A stretch of DNA of 36,789 nt from an uncultured delta proteobacterium (GTDB lineage: Bacteria; Desulfobacterota; Syntrophobacteria; BM002), in the NCBI GenBank assembly GCA_963712115.1, contig CAVQGX010000001.1:1-36789 (forward strand), written 5' to 3'. The position numbers were made by a program, and so were the translations under genes. Under the pieces are notes generated by a model, which was given only the letters and a program-made list of their open reading frames with translations, did no database searches and was not told where the DNA came from. Position 1 is the first letter of the stretch. Each line of letters begins with the position of its first letter. This document shows, piece by piece, positions 9,327 through 19,029 of the stretch.

Positions 9327-10547
9327 ATGGAGGCAATAGTACTAAGCAAAAGGGAAAAAAGGAAATTGGCTGGTGAGTTTCCCGATCTTTGCCTCACCTG
9401 CGGCACCTGTGCCGGCGGTTGTCCGGTCACCGGGGTGGACGGCATGGACATGCGCAAAGCCGTGCGCATGGCCCTGCTGGGTTTGGATCAGGAACTTATC
9501 GATTCACGCTTCCCCTGGATTTGCACTATATGCGGCCGCTGCGAGCATGGATGTCCCATGAACATCGACCTCAATAAGATGATGAGGTCGGCACGGACCC
9601 ATCGCGAGCGGGACAAGGTGCCGGGTGTTCTTCACAAAGGGGTAGAGCAATGCCTGAAGTCGGGCAACAACGTGGGCATCCCCAAAGAAGACTACCTCTT
9701 TCTGCTTGAAGATCTCGGAGCTGAGTTGGCCGAGGAACTGCCTGGCTTCACGGTGCCTGTGGATAAAAAGGGCGCCAAAATCCTAGTGACCATAAATTCC
9801 AAGGAGCCCTTTGCCGAGCCCGAGGACATGTTTTTCTGGTGGAAGATATTCTACGCGGCCAATGAATCCTGGACCGTCACATCGGAGAACTGGGAAGGGG
9901 TCAATTGGGGTCTTTTCACCGGTGATGATGCCTCCATGAAAGAGCAGGTGCGGAGGATTGTGGAGCACTACAAAAACCTTGAATGTGAGTATCTCCTCTT
10001 GCCGGAGTGAGGCCACGCCTACTATGCGACCAGGTTTGGTCTGCAAAATTGGTTCGCCGATGAGGGTGTAAAGTTCATTTCCGTTCATGACCTCCTTAAA
10101 GAATACATTGAAACCGGACGGATCAAGCTGGATAAATCTAAACATCCCGAACTCACCACTTACCACGATCCATGCAACTACGCCCGTAAGAGTGAGCGTA
10201 CTTTCGGCCACGGGTACTACGAGGAGCCGCGCTGGATTACCCAGCAGTGTGTGGATAATTATGTGGACATGTATCCCAACCGGGCCAACAACTACTGCTG
10301 TGGCGCCGGTGGTGGTGCCTGGGCTTCACCGTATTCAGAGGAGCGCATCTATTATGGTAGGGTCAAGGCCAAACAGATCAAAGACACAGGGGCCGAACTT
10401 CTCATTGCCCCCTGCCACAATTGCCGCGATCAGATCATGAAGAGTCTGCGCAAAGAGTACGACATGATGGATCTGGAGGTTAAATACCTCTGGGAACTAG
10501 TGGCAGATTCTTTAGTAATAGAAGGAGTAGAGAACAAGGAAGAGTAG
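9327..10547 (+). CDS. HdrC/CCG-domain Fe-S oxidoreductase (HdrD/GlpC-like), selenoprotein with UGA=Sec at 10008-10010, about 406 aa
   Basis: ORFs 9255..10010 and 10251..10547 are one frame separated only by TGA in LPE-U-GH, which aligns with ECGH of DsrK. Motifs CLTCGTCAGGCP, CTICGRCEHGCP, YHDPCNY, CCGAGGG, PCHNC. SECIS-like hairpin downstream. Confidence 0.88.
10025..10045 (+). promoter_or_regulatory. Bacterial SECIS-like hairpin
   Basis: TGC-GACCA-[GGTT]-TGGTC-T-GCA. First loop G is at +23 after the UGA. Confidence 0.75.
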
Positions 10548-10575
10548 CTGTCTTCTGAGAAGATCTGTCTATGAC

Positions 10576-10611
10576 AAGCCCTCGGTCTTTGGAGACTGGG
10601 GGCTTTTTTTT
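10576..10611 (+). terminator. Rho-independent terminator
   Basis: AAGCCCTCGGTCT-ttgg-AGACTGGGGGCTT followed by a T tract. Confidence 0.85.
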
Positions 10612-10860
10612 GCAGCAAGCAGCGGGCAGCCGGCAGCAAGCAGCTATGGATAAAAGAACATCAGATAAAGCTTTTTCTGCCAGCTGTCTGCTGTCAGCTG
10701 CTTGCTAACTCCTGACTCCTGGATTCTCTCTTTAGTTTTCCGTTGACTTCAATGGAGTGTGCAATTAGGTTGATGAGGTGGGGGATTTCGGATTGCGGAT
10801 TTGCGGATTTCGGATTTCGGATTGCGCCCGCCCGCCTCGCGGGCGGGGATTGCGGATTGA
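10612..10860. repeat. Heptamer repeat arms (GCAGCAA vs CTGCTGT) and a GGATTT/GGATTGC repeat with an embedded palindrome
   Basis: gcagcaagcagcgggcagc...ctgtctgctgtcagctgcttgct. ggatttcggattgcggatttgcgg tract interrupted by cccgcccgcctcgcgggcggg. Confidence 0.7.
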
Positions 10861-10899
10861 TTTTTTGGGTTTCTGTTCAACTGATGTAGGCAAGGATCA

Positions 10900-12138
10900 A
10901 TGGCAAAAAAGAAACAACTAAAAAAAGATAAAAAACGGCATGATCGGCTGGTGCTCAAGGCAGAAGAGGAGACGCAACTTCAGATGCTGGTGGATCGGGT
11001 GCTGGCCCTAGACCCAGAGGCGAATAGTTTCACCCAATTTGTGGAAAGCTTGAAGCCTTTAGTTGAGCAATCAGTTGCTTTTACAGTTGCCTTGGCCGAG
11101 GCTCTTGCTTCCACGGCCAATCCTGTGGCAGTCAAGGTAATACAGGCCCTCCAAGGGATTGAGGCGAAGAAGCCCGTAAGGAGGGCGCTAAAAACAGCTC
11201 TCTACCGTTTGGCCCGTCAGGGACTGGTCAAAGAGCAAGAGGAGGCAGAGGTTGAGCCTCGGGTTCTGGTGCCCCGGCCGGAGGATCGGCAGGCAGAGGC
11301 CTGGGCCAGTTGGCCGGAGAGTCAGGGCGAGCGCGGAATTATCCTCAAACTCCCAGATGCTGGCCGTGGTTACCTGATGGTAATTGGCGTACTCAACTCG
11401 GAAGGTGTCTTCCACGAATTCGAGGCAGTCCAGACCACTCGCAAAGGAGTTAGAGCCATCCTCGAGCGCATGACAGGAGGGGTTTCAGGAAGAATAATAG
11501 AGATCCCCCTAGAGCACTTCCGTTTCCTTTATGAAGAGACGGCGGACACTTACCAGCGGCAAAGCATGGAACTCCCTGCTGGCTACGATGTGATGCTCAA
11601 GCAGCTTGACTCTTTGGTGGAGAAACCTGCAGGTCCGCATATCTACAACCTTTTGAATGAAAAGGAAATCGGCGGAGATACCCTCCTCCTCCGTAGCTCG
11701 GACGGTCTACTTGAGGTGCAGCCATTTGTATCCTGGCGTCTACCTGAAGAATTGGTAAGTCCCTTTGCCGCTAAGATAAAGGAGCTCAGCCAGAGCCGGT
11801 TGGTAATCTCCCAGAGTGCGCAATTGGAGCGGATAGAGCAAATTTACCGTGAGGCTGCAACGGAAATCTTCACCGCAGAGAGAAGGCAGCGCTATGGTAG
11901 ACTCCTGGAAGAGGCGGCTCTGCTCCTTTACCTGGAGAGCCGGGAGCAGGAGGCGAAACGAGCCTTTGCTGTTGCCCTTGACCTAGAGAAAGAGTTAGGT
12001 GTTTTCACTGAAAACAATTTTATCCTGGGGTTGGTGAAGCGCTCAATTTCGGCTAAAGTCGGCTCTCTGCTGGAAAATATAGAGGGTGAGAGGCAAAGAG
12101 AAAAAACTACCGAATCAGGGTTGATTATTCCTATATAA
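10900..12138 (+). CDS. Hypothetical protein, 412 aa, largely helical
   Basis: Long ORF with RBS AAGGA, Lys-rich N-terminus and C-terminal SGLIIP. No catalytic motif recognised. Confidence 0.8.
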   Translation: MAKKKQLKKDKKRHDRLVLKAEEETQLQMLVDRVLALDPEANSFTQFVESLKPLVEQSVAFTVALAEALASTANPVAVKVIQALQGIEAKKPVRRALKTALYRLARQGLVKEQEEAEVEPRVLVPRPEDRQAEAWASWPESQGERGIILKLPDAGRGYLMVIGVLNSEGVFHEFEAVQTTRKGVRAILERMTGGVSGRIIEIPLEHFRFLYEETADTYQRQSMELPAGYDVMLKQLDSLVEKPAGPHIYNLLNEKEIGGDTLLLRSSDGLLEVQPFVSWRLPEELVSPFAAKIKELSQSRLVISQSAQLERIEQIYREAATEIFTAERRQRYGRLLEEAALLLYLESREQEAKRAFAVALDLEKELGVFTENNFILGLVKRSISAKVGSLLENIEGERQREKTTESGLIIPI

Positions 12139-12246
12139 GAAGTTTGGAGCCTACTATATTCTGACTCCTGGCTCCTAACTCCTTTGTTTTCTCGCTCTGC
12201 GTTATTTTCTTAGTGCCCTTCGTGGTGAAATCCTTGGAGGTCCCAC

Positions 12247-12645
12247 ATGCTAAAAACCATTTCAGTGAAAACCTCAGCTCAAACCGAGATGGTGGATGTT
12301 ACCGGCCAGGTGCAGAAAGAACTGAGCAAGTCAGGGGTGGAGGAGGGGCGGCTGACCCTATACGTACCCCACACCACAGCTGCCATTACCATAAATGAAG
12401 GGGCAGATCCTGCGGTCAAGGCTGACATCCTCATGGTGCTGAACCAGATGGTGCCCTGGAAGGCAAATTACCAGCACATGGAGGGCAACTCCCCAGCACA
12501 TGTGAAAGCCAGTCTTATGGGCTCAGCCGAGACAGTGATCATTTCTGGCGGGCGTTTGGTCCTTGGTACCTGGCAAAGAATATTCTTCTGCGAATTTGAC
12601 GGCCCAAGAAACCGCAAGCTACACCTGCAAATAGCCTCCTTGTAG
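12247..12645 (+). CDS. yjbQ: YjbQ / UPF0047 family protein
   Basis: PHTTAAITINE, HMEGNSPAHVKASL, LGTWQ.IFFCEFDGPR. Confidence 0.93.
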   Translation: MLKTISVKTSAQTEMVDVTGQVQKELSKSGVEEGRLTLYVPHTTAAITINEGADPAVKADILMVLNQMVPWKANYQHMEGNSPAHVKASLMGSAETVIISGGRLVLGTWQRIFFCEFDGPRNRKLHLQIASL

Positions 12646-12691
12646 CACCGGGCCCTAGCTAGAGTGTCTCTGGTGAGGGCTAACTTTTCCC

Positions 12692-12746
12692 TTGACAGTT
12701 TGGCAAAATTTCCCTAGAGTTCCCTATTTAGAAATAAGTTTCACAA
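12692..12746 (+). promoter_or_regulatory. Sigma70 promoter of dsrTMKJOP with a downstream partial Rex-like site
   Basis: TTGACA(12692)-17 nt-TAGAGT(12715). TAGAAAT-AAGT-TTCACAA at 12729-12746. Confidence 0.6.
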
Positions 12747-12879
12747 AGTATGTTGAAAAATAGCCTCGCTCCACTCTCCTCACCTAATCCTCTACCGCTG
12801 AGGAAGCACTGCAATGCTTGGGAGAGTGGGAACGTTGTTTTCGGCTACCCTTCTTCCTCTCTTGGTTAGTAGACGCTAT

Positions 12880-13434
12880 ATGAGCCTACAAAAGCTCCTA
12901 GAGGAAAACAAGTCTGTTATCCTGAGTCGCTGGTTCGATTCCATTCTGGAAACCTATCCTGCTGATACGAAGCAGTTTTTGCGAACAAAGAAAAACCAGT
13001 TTGATAATCCGGTTGCCCACCGGATCACTAGTGGGATCGAAGGTATATTCAGCCAGATTCTCAATGATGCTGAGGAGAAAGACGTTTCGCCTTTCCTCGA
13101 TAAAGTTATCAGAGTCAGGGCTGTTCAGGATTTCACCCCTTCTCAAGCCGTAGCTTTTGTCTTTGACTTGAAGAGGCTTGTAAGGGAGGAGTTGGGGGAA
13201 GATATCCGTGAGGGCCAACTCTCCGAAGAACTTTGGAGGTTCGAGGAGGACATAGATAAAATGGGCCTCCTGGCATTGGACATCTACATGAAATGCCGGG
13301 AAGAAATCTACGAACTCAGGGTAAACGAAGTCAAAAGAAGCGTTAGTAGGTTAATTGAGAGGGCAAACAAGATATGCGGGATCCCCGGAAAAGAGGGAGA
13401 TCCCGAAGTGTGCAGCACTGATAACCTAACTTGA
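12880..13434 (+). CDS. dsrT: DsrT (RsbRD N-terminal domain protein)
   Basis: WFDSILETYP, FDNPVAH, IRVRAVQDFTPSQAVAFV, YMKCREEIYELRV. Lies directly upstream of dsrM. Confidence 0.9.
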   Translation: MSLQKLLEENKSVILSRWFDSILETYPADTKQFLRTKKNQFDNPVAHRITSGIEGIFSQILNDAEEKDVSPFLDKVIRVRAVQDFTPSQAVAFVFDLKRLVREELGEDIREGQLSEELWRFEEDIDKMGLLALDIYMKCREEIYELRVNEVKRSVSRLIERANKICGIPGKEGDPEVCSTDNLT

Positions 13435-13450
13435 AGCGAGGTAACTGTAA

Positions 13451-14440
13451 ATGGGTATCTGGGTTTCCTTCTTTGCGGTTATAGCACTCGTCTTGATCCC
13501 CTTGGTGGGGGCGCAGGGAGCCGGCCAGTATCTATTCGGGATCGCGATCCCTTACGCGGCTGTACTGATTTTCGTCATTGGGTTTATCTACCGGGTGGTT
13601 CAATGGGGTAAGACCCCAGTACCCTTTAAGATTCCCACCACCGGCGGACAGATGAAGAGTCTTCCCTGGATCAAATGGAGTCCCCTTGACAATCCTGCCA
13701 CTACTGGCGGTGTCATTGGCAGAATGGCCCTCGAGGTGCTCGCCTTCCGCTCCCTTTTCAGGAACACGAGGGTGGAACTGAGGGAGGGACCCAAGGTCAG
13801 CTACGGCTCCAACAAGTGGCTGTGGGTGGCGGCACTGGCATTTCATTATGCCTTTCTCGTCGTCTTCATCAGACACTTCCGTCTTTTTATGGAGCCCGTG
13901 CCCGGTTTCGTCGGTCTCCTGGAGAGCGTCGATGGCTTTATGGAAGTGGGGTTGCCGCGGCTGATGATGAGCGGGGTAGTACTGTTGCTGGCCGCGCTCT
14001 ATCTGTTTCTGCGAAGAGTTGCCGTGCCGCAGCTCCGCTACATTTCCCTTGCCGCCGACTACTTCCCTCTCTTTCTTATCGTCGCCTTGGCTGGTTCCGG
14101 CATCCTCATGCGCTATTTCATCAGGGTTGATATCACCAGCGTCAAGGAGTTGGTCACAGGTTTGGTGAGCTTCCGCCCCACTATCCCGGAGGGAATAGGA
14201 GCTATCTTTTTTGTCCACCTTTTTCTCCTGTCGGTGTTGATCGCTTACTTCCCCTTCAGCAAACTCATGCATGCAGGTGGAGTTTTCCTAAGCCCAACTA
14301 GGAACATGCCCAATGACAACCGGGCGAATCGACACATTAATCCCTGGAACTATCCAGTCAAAGTTCACACTTACGACCAGTACGAAGATGAATTCAGGGA
14401 GAAGATGAAAGAAGTTGGACTCCCAGTTGAAAAGGAGTAG
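13451..14440 (+). CDS. dsrM: DsrM, di-heme b membrane subunit (NarI-like)
   Basis: FRSLFRNT, FHYAFLVVFIRH, VHL..YFPFSKLMHAGGVFLSPTRN, NPWNYPV. Confidence 0.96.
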   Translation: MGIWVSFFAVIALVLIPLVGAQGAGQYLFGIAIPYAAVLIFVIGFIYRVVQWGKTPVPFKIPTTGGQMKSLPWIKWSPLDNPATTGGVIGRMALEVLAFRSLFRNTRVELREGPKVSYGSNKWLWVAALAFHYAFLVVFIRHFRLFMEPVPGFVGLLESVDGFMEVGLPRLMMSGVVLLLAALYLFLRRVAVPQLRYISLAADYFPLFLIVALAGSGILMRYFIRVDITSVKELVTGLVSFRPTIPEGIGAIFFVHLFLLSVLIAYFPFSKLMHAGGVFLSPTRNMPNDNRANRHINPWNYPVKVHTYDQYEDEFREKMKEVGLPVEKE

Positions 14441-14442
14441 AG

Positions 14443-16203
14443 ATGGCAAAGGTTGCACCCCCAGAAGAACTCTCTCGAGTAGATTATACCCCCCCTAAAA
14501 AAGGTTGGATGGACACGCCTGCCGAAATAAGAGAAGGTAGGTGGTGCTATGGTTCGAAGCCCAAAGACCACGAGGTTGTGGGTCTCCCTAATCCGCGGTC
14601 TTGGTCGCCGGGCGACGAAGACTGGAAGCTTCCGGACAACTGGAAAGAGATATTTCTTGAAGGTATGAAGGAGCGGCTGGACAAGTTCCGCACTTTCCGG
14701 ATCTTCATGGATATCTGTGTAAGGTGCGGCGCCTGTGCAGACAAGTGCCACTTCTTCATTGGCTCGGGTGACCCCAAGAACATGCCTGTGCTCAGGGCAG
14801 AGCTTCTCAGGTCAGTTTATCGCGGGGAATTCACCAACGCCGGCAAGATCCTGGGGAAACTTGCCGGTGGCAGAAAACTCACCTACGATGTCGTCAAGGA
14901 GCTATTCTACTATTTCTTCCAATGTACCGAGTGCCGCCGCTGTTCCCTATTCTGCCCCTACGGCATTGACACGGCTGAAATAACCATAATCGGTCGGGAG
15001 TTGTTGAACCTTTTGGGGTGCAACATCGACTGGATCATGGGTCCCGTTGCCAACTGTTATCGCACAGGCAACCACCTGGGCATTCAACCCCACGCCTACC
15101 ACTCCATGCTGGAGTTTTTCTGTGAGGAGATCGAGGAGATAACAGGCATCTTGCCCGAGCCCAGTTTCAATAGGAAGGGAGCCGAGATCCTGTTCGTCAC
15201 CCCGTCAGGTGATGTCTTCGCCGATCCGGGTACCTTCACTGCCATGGGCTACCTCATGCTCTTCCACTATCTCGAGGGTCTAGGCCTGGACATCACCTGG
15301 AGCACTTACGCCTCAGAGGGCGGAAACTTCGGTTTCTTCACCTCCCACGAGATGATGAAGAGGCTCAACTCCAAGATGTATGCAGAGGCCAAAAGGCTTG
15401 GGGTGAAGTATATCATCGGCGGGGAATGCGGCCACATGTGGAGGGTGTGCAACCAGTACATGGACACCATGAACGGCCCGGCTGACTTCCTTGAGGTGCC
15501 CAAATCTCCCATCACCGGCACTGTGTTTGAGAGCGCCAAATCCCATAAAATGGTTCACATTTGTGAATTTACCGCGGACTTGATCAAGCACGGCAAATTG
15601 AACCTGGACCCAAGCCGTAATGACCAATACAAGGTGACCTTCCATGACTCCTGCAATACTGCCAGGGGCATGGGGTTCTTCGAAGAGCCACGGTATATCC
15701 TAAACAACATCTGTAATGATTTCCATGAAATGCCAATAAATACCATCAGGGAGCAGACCTTTTGCTGCGGTAGTGGATCCGGCTTGAACACAGATGAAAT
15801 CATGGATCTGAGGATGAGGGGGGCCTTACCCAGGGCAAATGCTCTGCAGTATGTCCACGACAAGCACGAGGTGAATTTGATGTCCTGCATCTGCGCCATT
15901 GATCGCGCAACCCTGCAAACCCTGGTTGACTATTGGATTCCCGAGGTGGAAATTAGTGGCATCCACGAGTTAATAGGCAATGCCCTCATTCTGGAGGGGG
16001 AGAAGAAGAGAACCATGAACCTCCGTGCCGAAGAATTCCCCTGGGTCGAAGAAGAGGAAGAAGAAGCTGAAGAGGAAGCTTTAGAAGTCAATTTAGAAGC
16101 AGTCGAAGAAACAGCCGAAGAATTAGCCGCAGAAGCAGCTGAAGAAGCAGCAGAGGAAGCTGCCGATGAGGCAGCGGAAGAAGAAGCGGAGGGTGAAAAA
16201 TAA
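14443..16203 (+). CDS. dsrK: DsrK, Fe-S/CCG catalytic subunit with an acidic C-terminal tail
   Basis: CVRCGACADKCH, CTECRRCSLFCP, GECGH, FHDSCN, CCGSG, CAID. Confidence 0.97.
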   Translation: MAKVAPPEELSRVDYTPPKKGWMDTPAEIREGRWCYGSKPKDHEVVGLPNPRSWSPGDEDWKLPDNWKEIFLEGMKERLDKFRTFRIFMDICVRCGACADKCHFFIGSGDPKNMPVLRAELLRSVYRGEFTNAGKILGKLAGGRKLTYDVVKELFYYFFQCTECRRCSLFCPYGIDTAEITIIGRELLNLLGCNIDWIMGPVANCYRTGNHLGIQPHAYHSMLEFFCEEIEEITGILPEPSFNRKGAEILFVTPSGDVFADPGTFTAMGYLMLFHYLEGLGLDITWSTYASEGGNFGFFTSHEMMKRLNSKMYAEAKRLGVKYIIGGECGHMWRVCNQYMDTMNGPADFLEVPKSPITGTVFESAKSHKMVHICEFTADLIKHGKLNLDPSRNDQYKVTFHDSCNTARGMGFFEEPRYILNNICNDFHEMPINTIREQTFCCGSGSGLNTDEIMDLRMRGALPRANALQYVHDKHEVNLMSCICAIDRATLQTLVDYWIPEVEISGIHELIGNALILEGEKKRTMNLRAEEFPWVEEEEEEAEEEALEVNLEAVEETAEELAAEAAEEAAEEAADEAAEEEAEGEK

Positions 16204-16586
16204 TGTATAACAAAGGAAAAATCATCACCGGGCTCGTTATCTTTGTTGTCTTTTTCACCTCACCCTTCCTGTACGGTTTGGTGAAATCCGGCCCGCCGCC
16301 TGAGCGTGAGCTTTCGCCCAAGGCGAAGGAGGCGAAGCTGTGTGTGGAAGCCAAAGAGTTCATGGTGGAATCACATATGCAAATGCTCAACGATTGGCGG
16401 GACCAGGCTATTCGCAACGGTCAACGAGTCTACGTTGCCACAGACGGGAAAGAGTATGTGGTGAGCTTGCAAAACACCTGCATGGATTGCCACAACAACA
16501 AGAGCAAGTTTTGCGATCAATGCCATAACTATGCCGGAGTCAGCCCTTACTGCTGGGAATGCCATATTGAGCCGAAGGAGAACTAG
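16203..16586 (+). CDS. dsrJ: DsrJ triheme cytochrome c
   Basis: N-terminal anchor, HMQMLNDWRD, CMDCH, CDQCH, CWECH. Confidence 0.96.
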   Translation: MYNKGKIITGLVIFVVFFTSPFLYGLVKSGPPPERELSPKAKEAKLCVEAKEFMVESHMQMLNDWRDQAIRNGQRVYVATDGKEYVVSLQNTCMDCHNNKSKFCDQCHNYAGVSPYCWECHIEPKEN

Positions 16587-17377
16587 TGATGGACAGGAGC
16601 AGAAGACGCTTCCTAAAGATACTCGGAATCTCCACCCTGGGTGTGGGAACGATTTCCTCGGTGGATCTGTTGGCCATGGTTGGTAAAGGCGAGCCTGTTT
16701 ACAACCGGACCCCAGATGCCTTGGTAGGAAAGAGATGGGCCCTGGTGGTGGATGTGAATAAGCTTGATGAGGAGACCACCCAGAAGGCCATAGAGGCCTG
16801 TCACCGGGTCCACAACGTTCCTGACTATGGGGACGAGGAAGAGATCAAATGGATCTGGACCGACAAGTATGAACACGTCTTTCCGGGGCAGGAGCACGCC
16901 TACCTCGCCGCAGAAATTGAAGAAAAGCCTTTTCTGGTGCTCTGCAACCATTGCGCCAATCCCCCTTGCTGCAGGGTCTGCCCCACCCAGGCCACCTGGC
17001 AGCGGGCAGACGGGATTGTGATGATGGATCAGCACCGCTGCATTGGTTGCCGCTATTGCATGGCCGGATGTCCTTTCGGGGCTCGAAGTTTCAACTGGAA
17101 AGATCCCAAGACTACTTACTGGAAGGAGCATGAGCCGCCAAATCGCACATATCCGGTACGGAGCAAAGGGGTGGTGGAAAAGTGCAACCTCTGCGCTGAA
17201 CGTCTGGCCGCGGGTCAAATTCCGGCGTGTGTCGAGGCAGTCAAGGACACAAAGGCAATAGTTTTTGGTGATTTGGAAGATCCCAACTCGGAAGTGCGGG
17301 AGTTGCTTCATGAGCACTTTACCATTCGGCGTAAACCAGAGCTTGGGACCAATCCCAACGTCTACTACATAGTGTGA
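16586..17377 (+). CDS. dsrO: DsrO periplasmic Fe-S subunit (start GTG16586 or ATG16589)
   Basis: Tat motif SRRRFLK, CNHCANPPCCRVCP, CIGCRYCMAGCP, KCNLC. Confidence 0.95.
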   Translation: MMDRSRRRFLKILGISTLGVGTISSVDLLAMVGKGEPVYNRTPDALVGKRWALVVDVNKLDEETTQKAIEACHRVHNVPDYGDEEEIKWIWTDKYEHVFPGQEHAYLAAEIEEKPFLVLCNHCANPPCCRVCPTQATWQRADGIVMMDQHRCIGCRYCMAGCPFGARSFNWKDPKTTYWKEHEPPNRTYPVRSKGVVEKCNLCAERLAAGQIPACVEAVKDTKAIVFGDLEDPNSEVRELLHEHFTIRRKPELGTNPNVYYIV

Positions 17378-17384
17378 GGTGGTT

Positions 17385-18542
17385 ATGCTTGAGACTGCTC
17401 TGAAAGGAAGCAAGAAATACTGGGTGTTAGTATTGGTTTTGTTCGGTCTTCACGGGATAGGCGCCACCGCCTTTATTTACCAGCTCACAAAAGGCTTGAC
17501 TGTAACCGGCATGAGCAGGGACGTTTCCTGGGGAATCTACATTGCCCAGTTCACCTTCCTGGTCGGCGTGGCAGCCTCGGCAGTCATGGTTGTCCTACCC
17601 TACTACCTGCATAACGTCAAGGAATATGCCAAGGTCACTATTTTGGGTGAGTTTCTTGCGGTGGCTTGCGTCTCCATGTGTTTGATGTTTATCCTGGTGG
17701 ACCTGGGCAAGCCCATGCGGGCGTTGAATGTTATCCTGCATCCAACGCCCAATTCCGTTTTGTTCTGGGACATGGTTGTCTTGAACGGCTACCTATTTCT
17801 GAACATTGTTATTGGGTGGATAGTATTGAGTGCCGAGCGCAAGGAGGTGCCCCCGCCCAAGTGGATCAAGCCTGTCATCTACGTTTCAATACCCTGGGCT
17901 GTTAGCATCCACACGGTCACTGCTTTTCTCTATGCAGGCTTGCCGGGAAGGCATTTCTGGCTCACCGCCATTATGGCCGCCCGCTTTTTGGCTTCAGCCT
18001 TTGCCTCCGGACCTTCGCTTCTTATCCTGCTGTGTCTTATTGTCAGGAAGTTCACCAATTTCGATCCCGGCAAAAAGGCCATCCAAACACTATCCAAGAC
18101 CGTGTTGTATGCCATGATCATCAGCATATTTTTCGTAATTCTGGAGCTCTTCACCGCCTTCTACAGCCAAATACCCGGGCACACGCACGCTTTTGTCTAT
18201 CAGTTTGTAGGCTTGCACGGTCACGGTGCGCTGGTTCCCTGGACCTGGGCTTTTGCCATCCTGGCAGTGATCGCCACGCTCATGTTGCTCTGCCCGCCAA
18301 TCCGAGAGAACGAGAAGACCCTGGCAATCGCCTGTGTGATGGTTTTCGTCTCCCTGTGGATCGAAAAAGGGGTTACCCTGGTCATTACCGGGTTCATCCC
18401 TAACCCCCTGGAGAAGATAACAGAATACGTACCCACCATTCCCGAACTAGCGATCACTGTTGGAGTGTGGGCTACCGGCTTCCTGGTTCTCACAATCCTT
18501 TACAAGGTCGCGGTTTCGGTCAAGGAAGAGTTGGGCACCTAG
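17385..18542 (+). CDS. dsrP: DsrP, NrfD/PsrC-family membrane subunit
   Basis: TGMSRDVSWG, WAVSIHTVTAFL, ARFLASAFASGP. Polytopic membrane protein. Confidence 0.96.
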   Translation: MLETALKGSKKYWVLVLVLFGLHGIGATAFIYQLTKGLTVTGMSRDVSWGIYIAQFTFLVGVAASAVMVVLPYYLHNVKEYAKVTILGEFLAVACVSMCLMFILVDLGKPMRALNVILHPTPNSVLFWDMVVLNGYLFLNIVIGWIVLSAERKEVPPPKWIKPVIYVSIPWAVSIHTVTAFLYAGLPGRHFWLTAIMAARFLASAFASGPSLLILLCLIVRKFTNFDPGKKAIQTLSKTVLYAMIISIFFVILELFTAFYSQIPGHTHAFVYQFVGLHGHGALVPWTWAFAILAVIATLMLLCPPIRENEKTLAIACVMVFVSLWIEKGVTLVITGFIPNPLEKITEYVPTIPELAITVGVWATGFLVLTILYKVAVSVKEELGT

Positions 18543-18564
18543 GTACTCAACTAACCGCAGAAAC

Positions 18565-18599
18565 AAAAAGGCTCATGCTTTGAAGGGTGAGCCCTTTTT
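18565..18599 (+). terminator. Rho-independent terminator after dsrP
   Basis: AAAAAGGCTCA...TGAGCCCTTTTT. Confidence 0.7.
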
Positions 18600-19029
18600 C
18601 ATTGAAACCGCCTATCTTTTATGTCTCTCGCCCGCTCCCCTTCGACTTTGCTCAGGGTTCGCTAGAGCACACAGAGAACGCAGAGAGAAAAATACTTGTC
18701 AAAGTTTTGGGATCGCCCAGAGACTACCGCAAAGCGGGTAGCCCCGATGCTTACGCATCTGGGCAGTGGGCAGCTCTTGATGACCAGAATAAGCAAGCTT
18801 ATTACTGTCCCTCAAGAACTCCCCACTCAGCCTCTAGGCGATCCCCCTTAAACGGACACCTGCACCTCTCAATTGATTTTATGATTAAGAGTTCCCAGAG
18901 TTTTATTGAGCCCTCTGAGTGATAGATTAACCCTATGATTTTTTCGAGCGGTTTTCTTCAGGGTGATGATTATTCTTGTGATCCAATCTGTTGACAAAGG
19001 CTTGTTCTTTTACTGCGGGCTCCAAATTC

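Noticed and set aside
10087-10547. Separate ORFs 10087..10440 and 10251..10547
   Set aside because: The first is an off-frame shadow and the second is the tail of the UGA read-through protein.
13532-14272. Long antisense ORFs (also 16613..17413 and 25681..26346)
   Set aside because: They are shadows of conserved genes and show no motifs.
16740-16810. DsrO lacking cysteines of the first Fe-S motif (DVNKLDEETTQKAIEACH)
   Set aside because: Three-cluster DsrO is typical of deltaproteobacterial sulfate reducers, so this is not novel.
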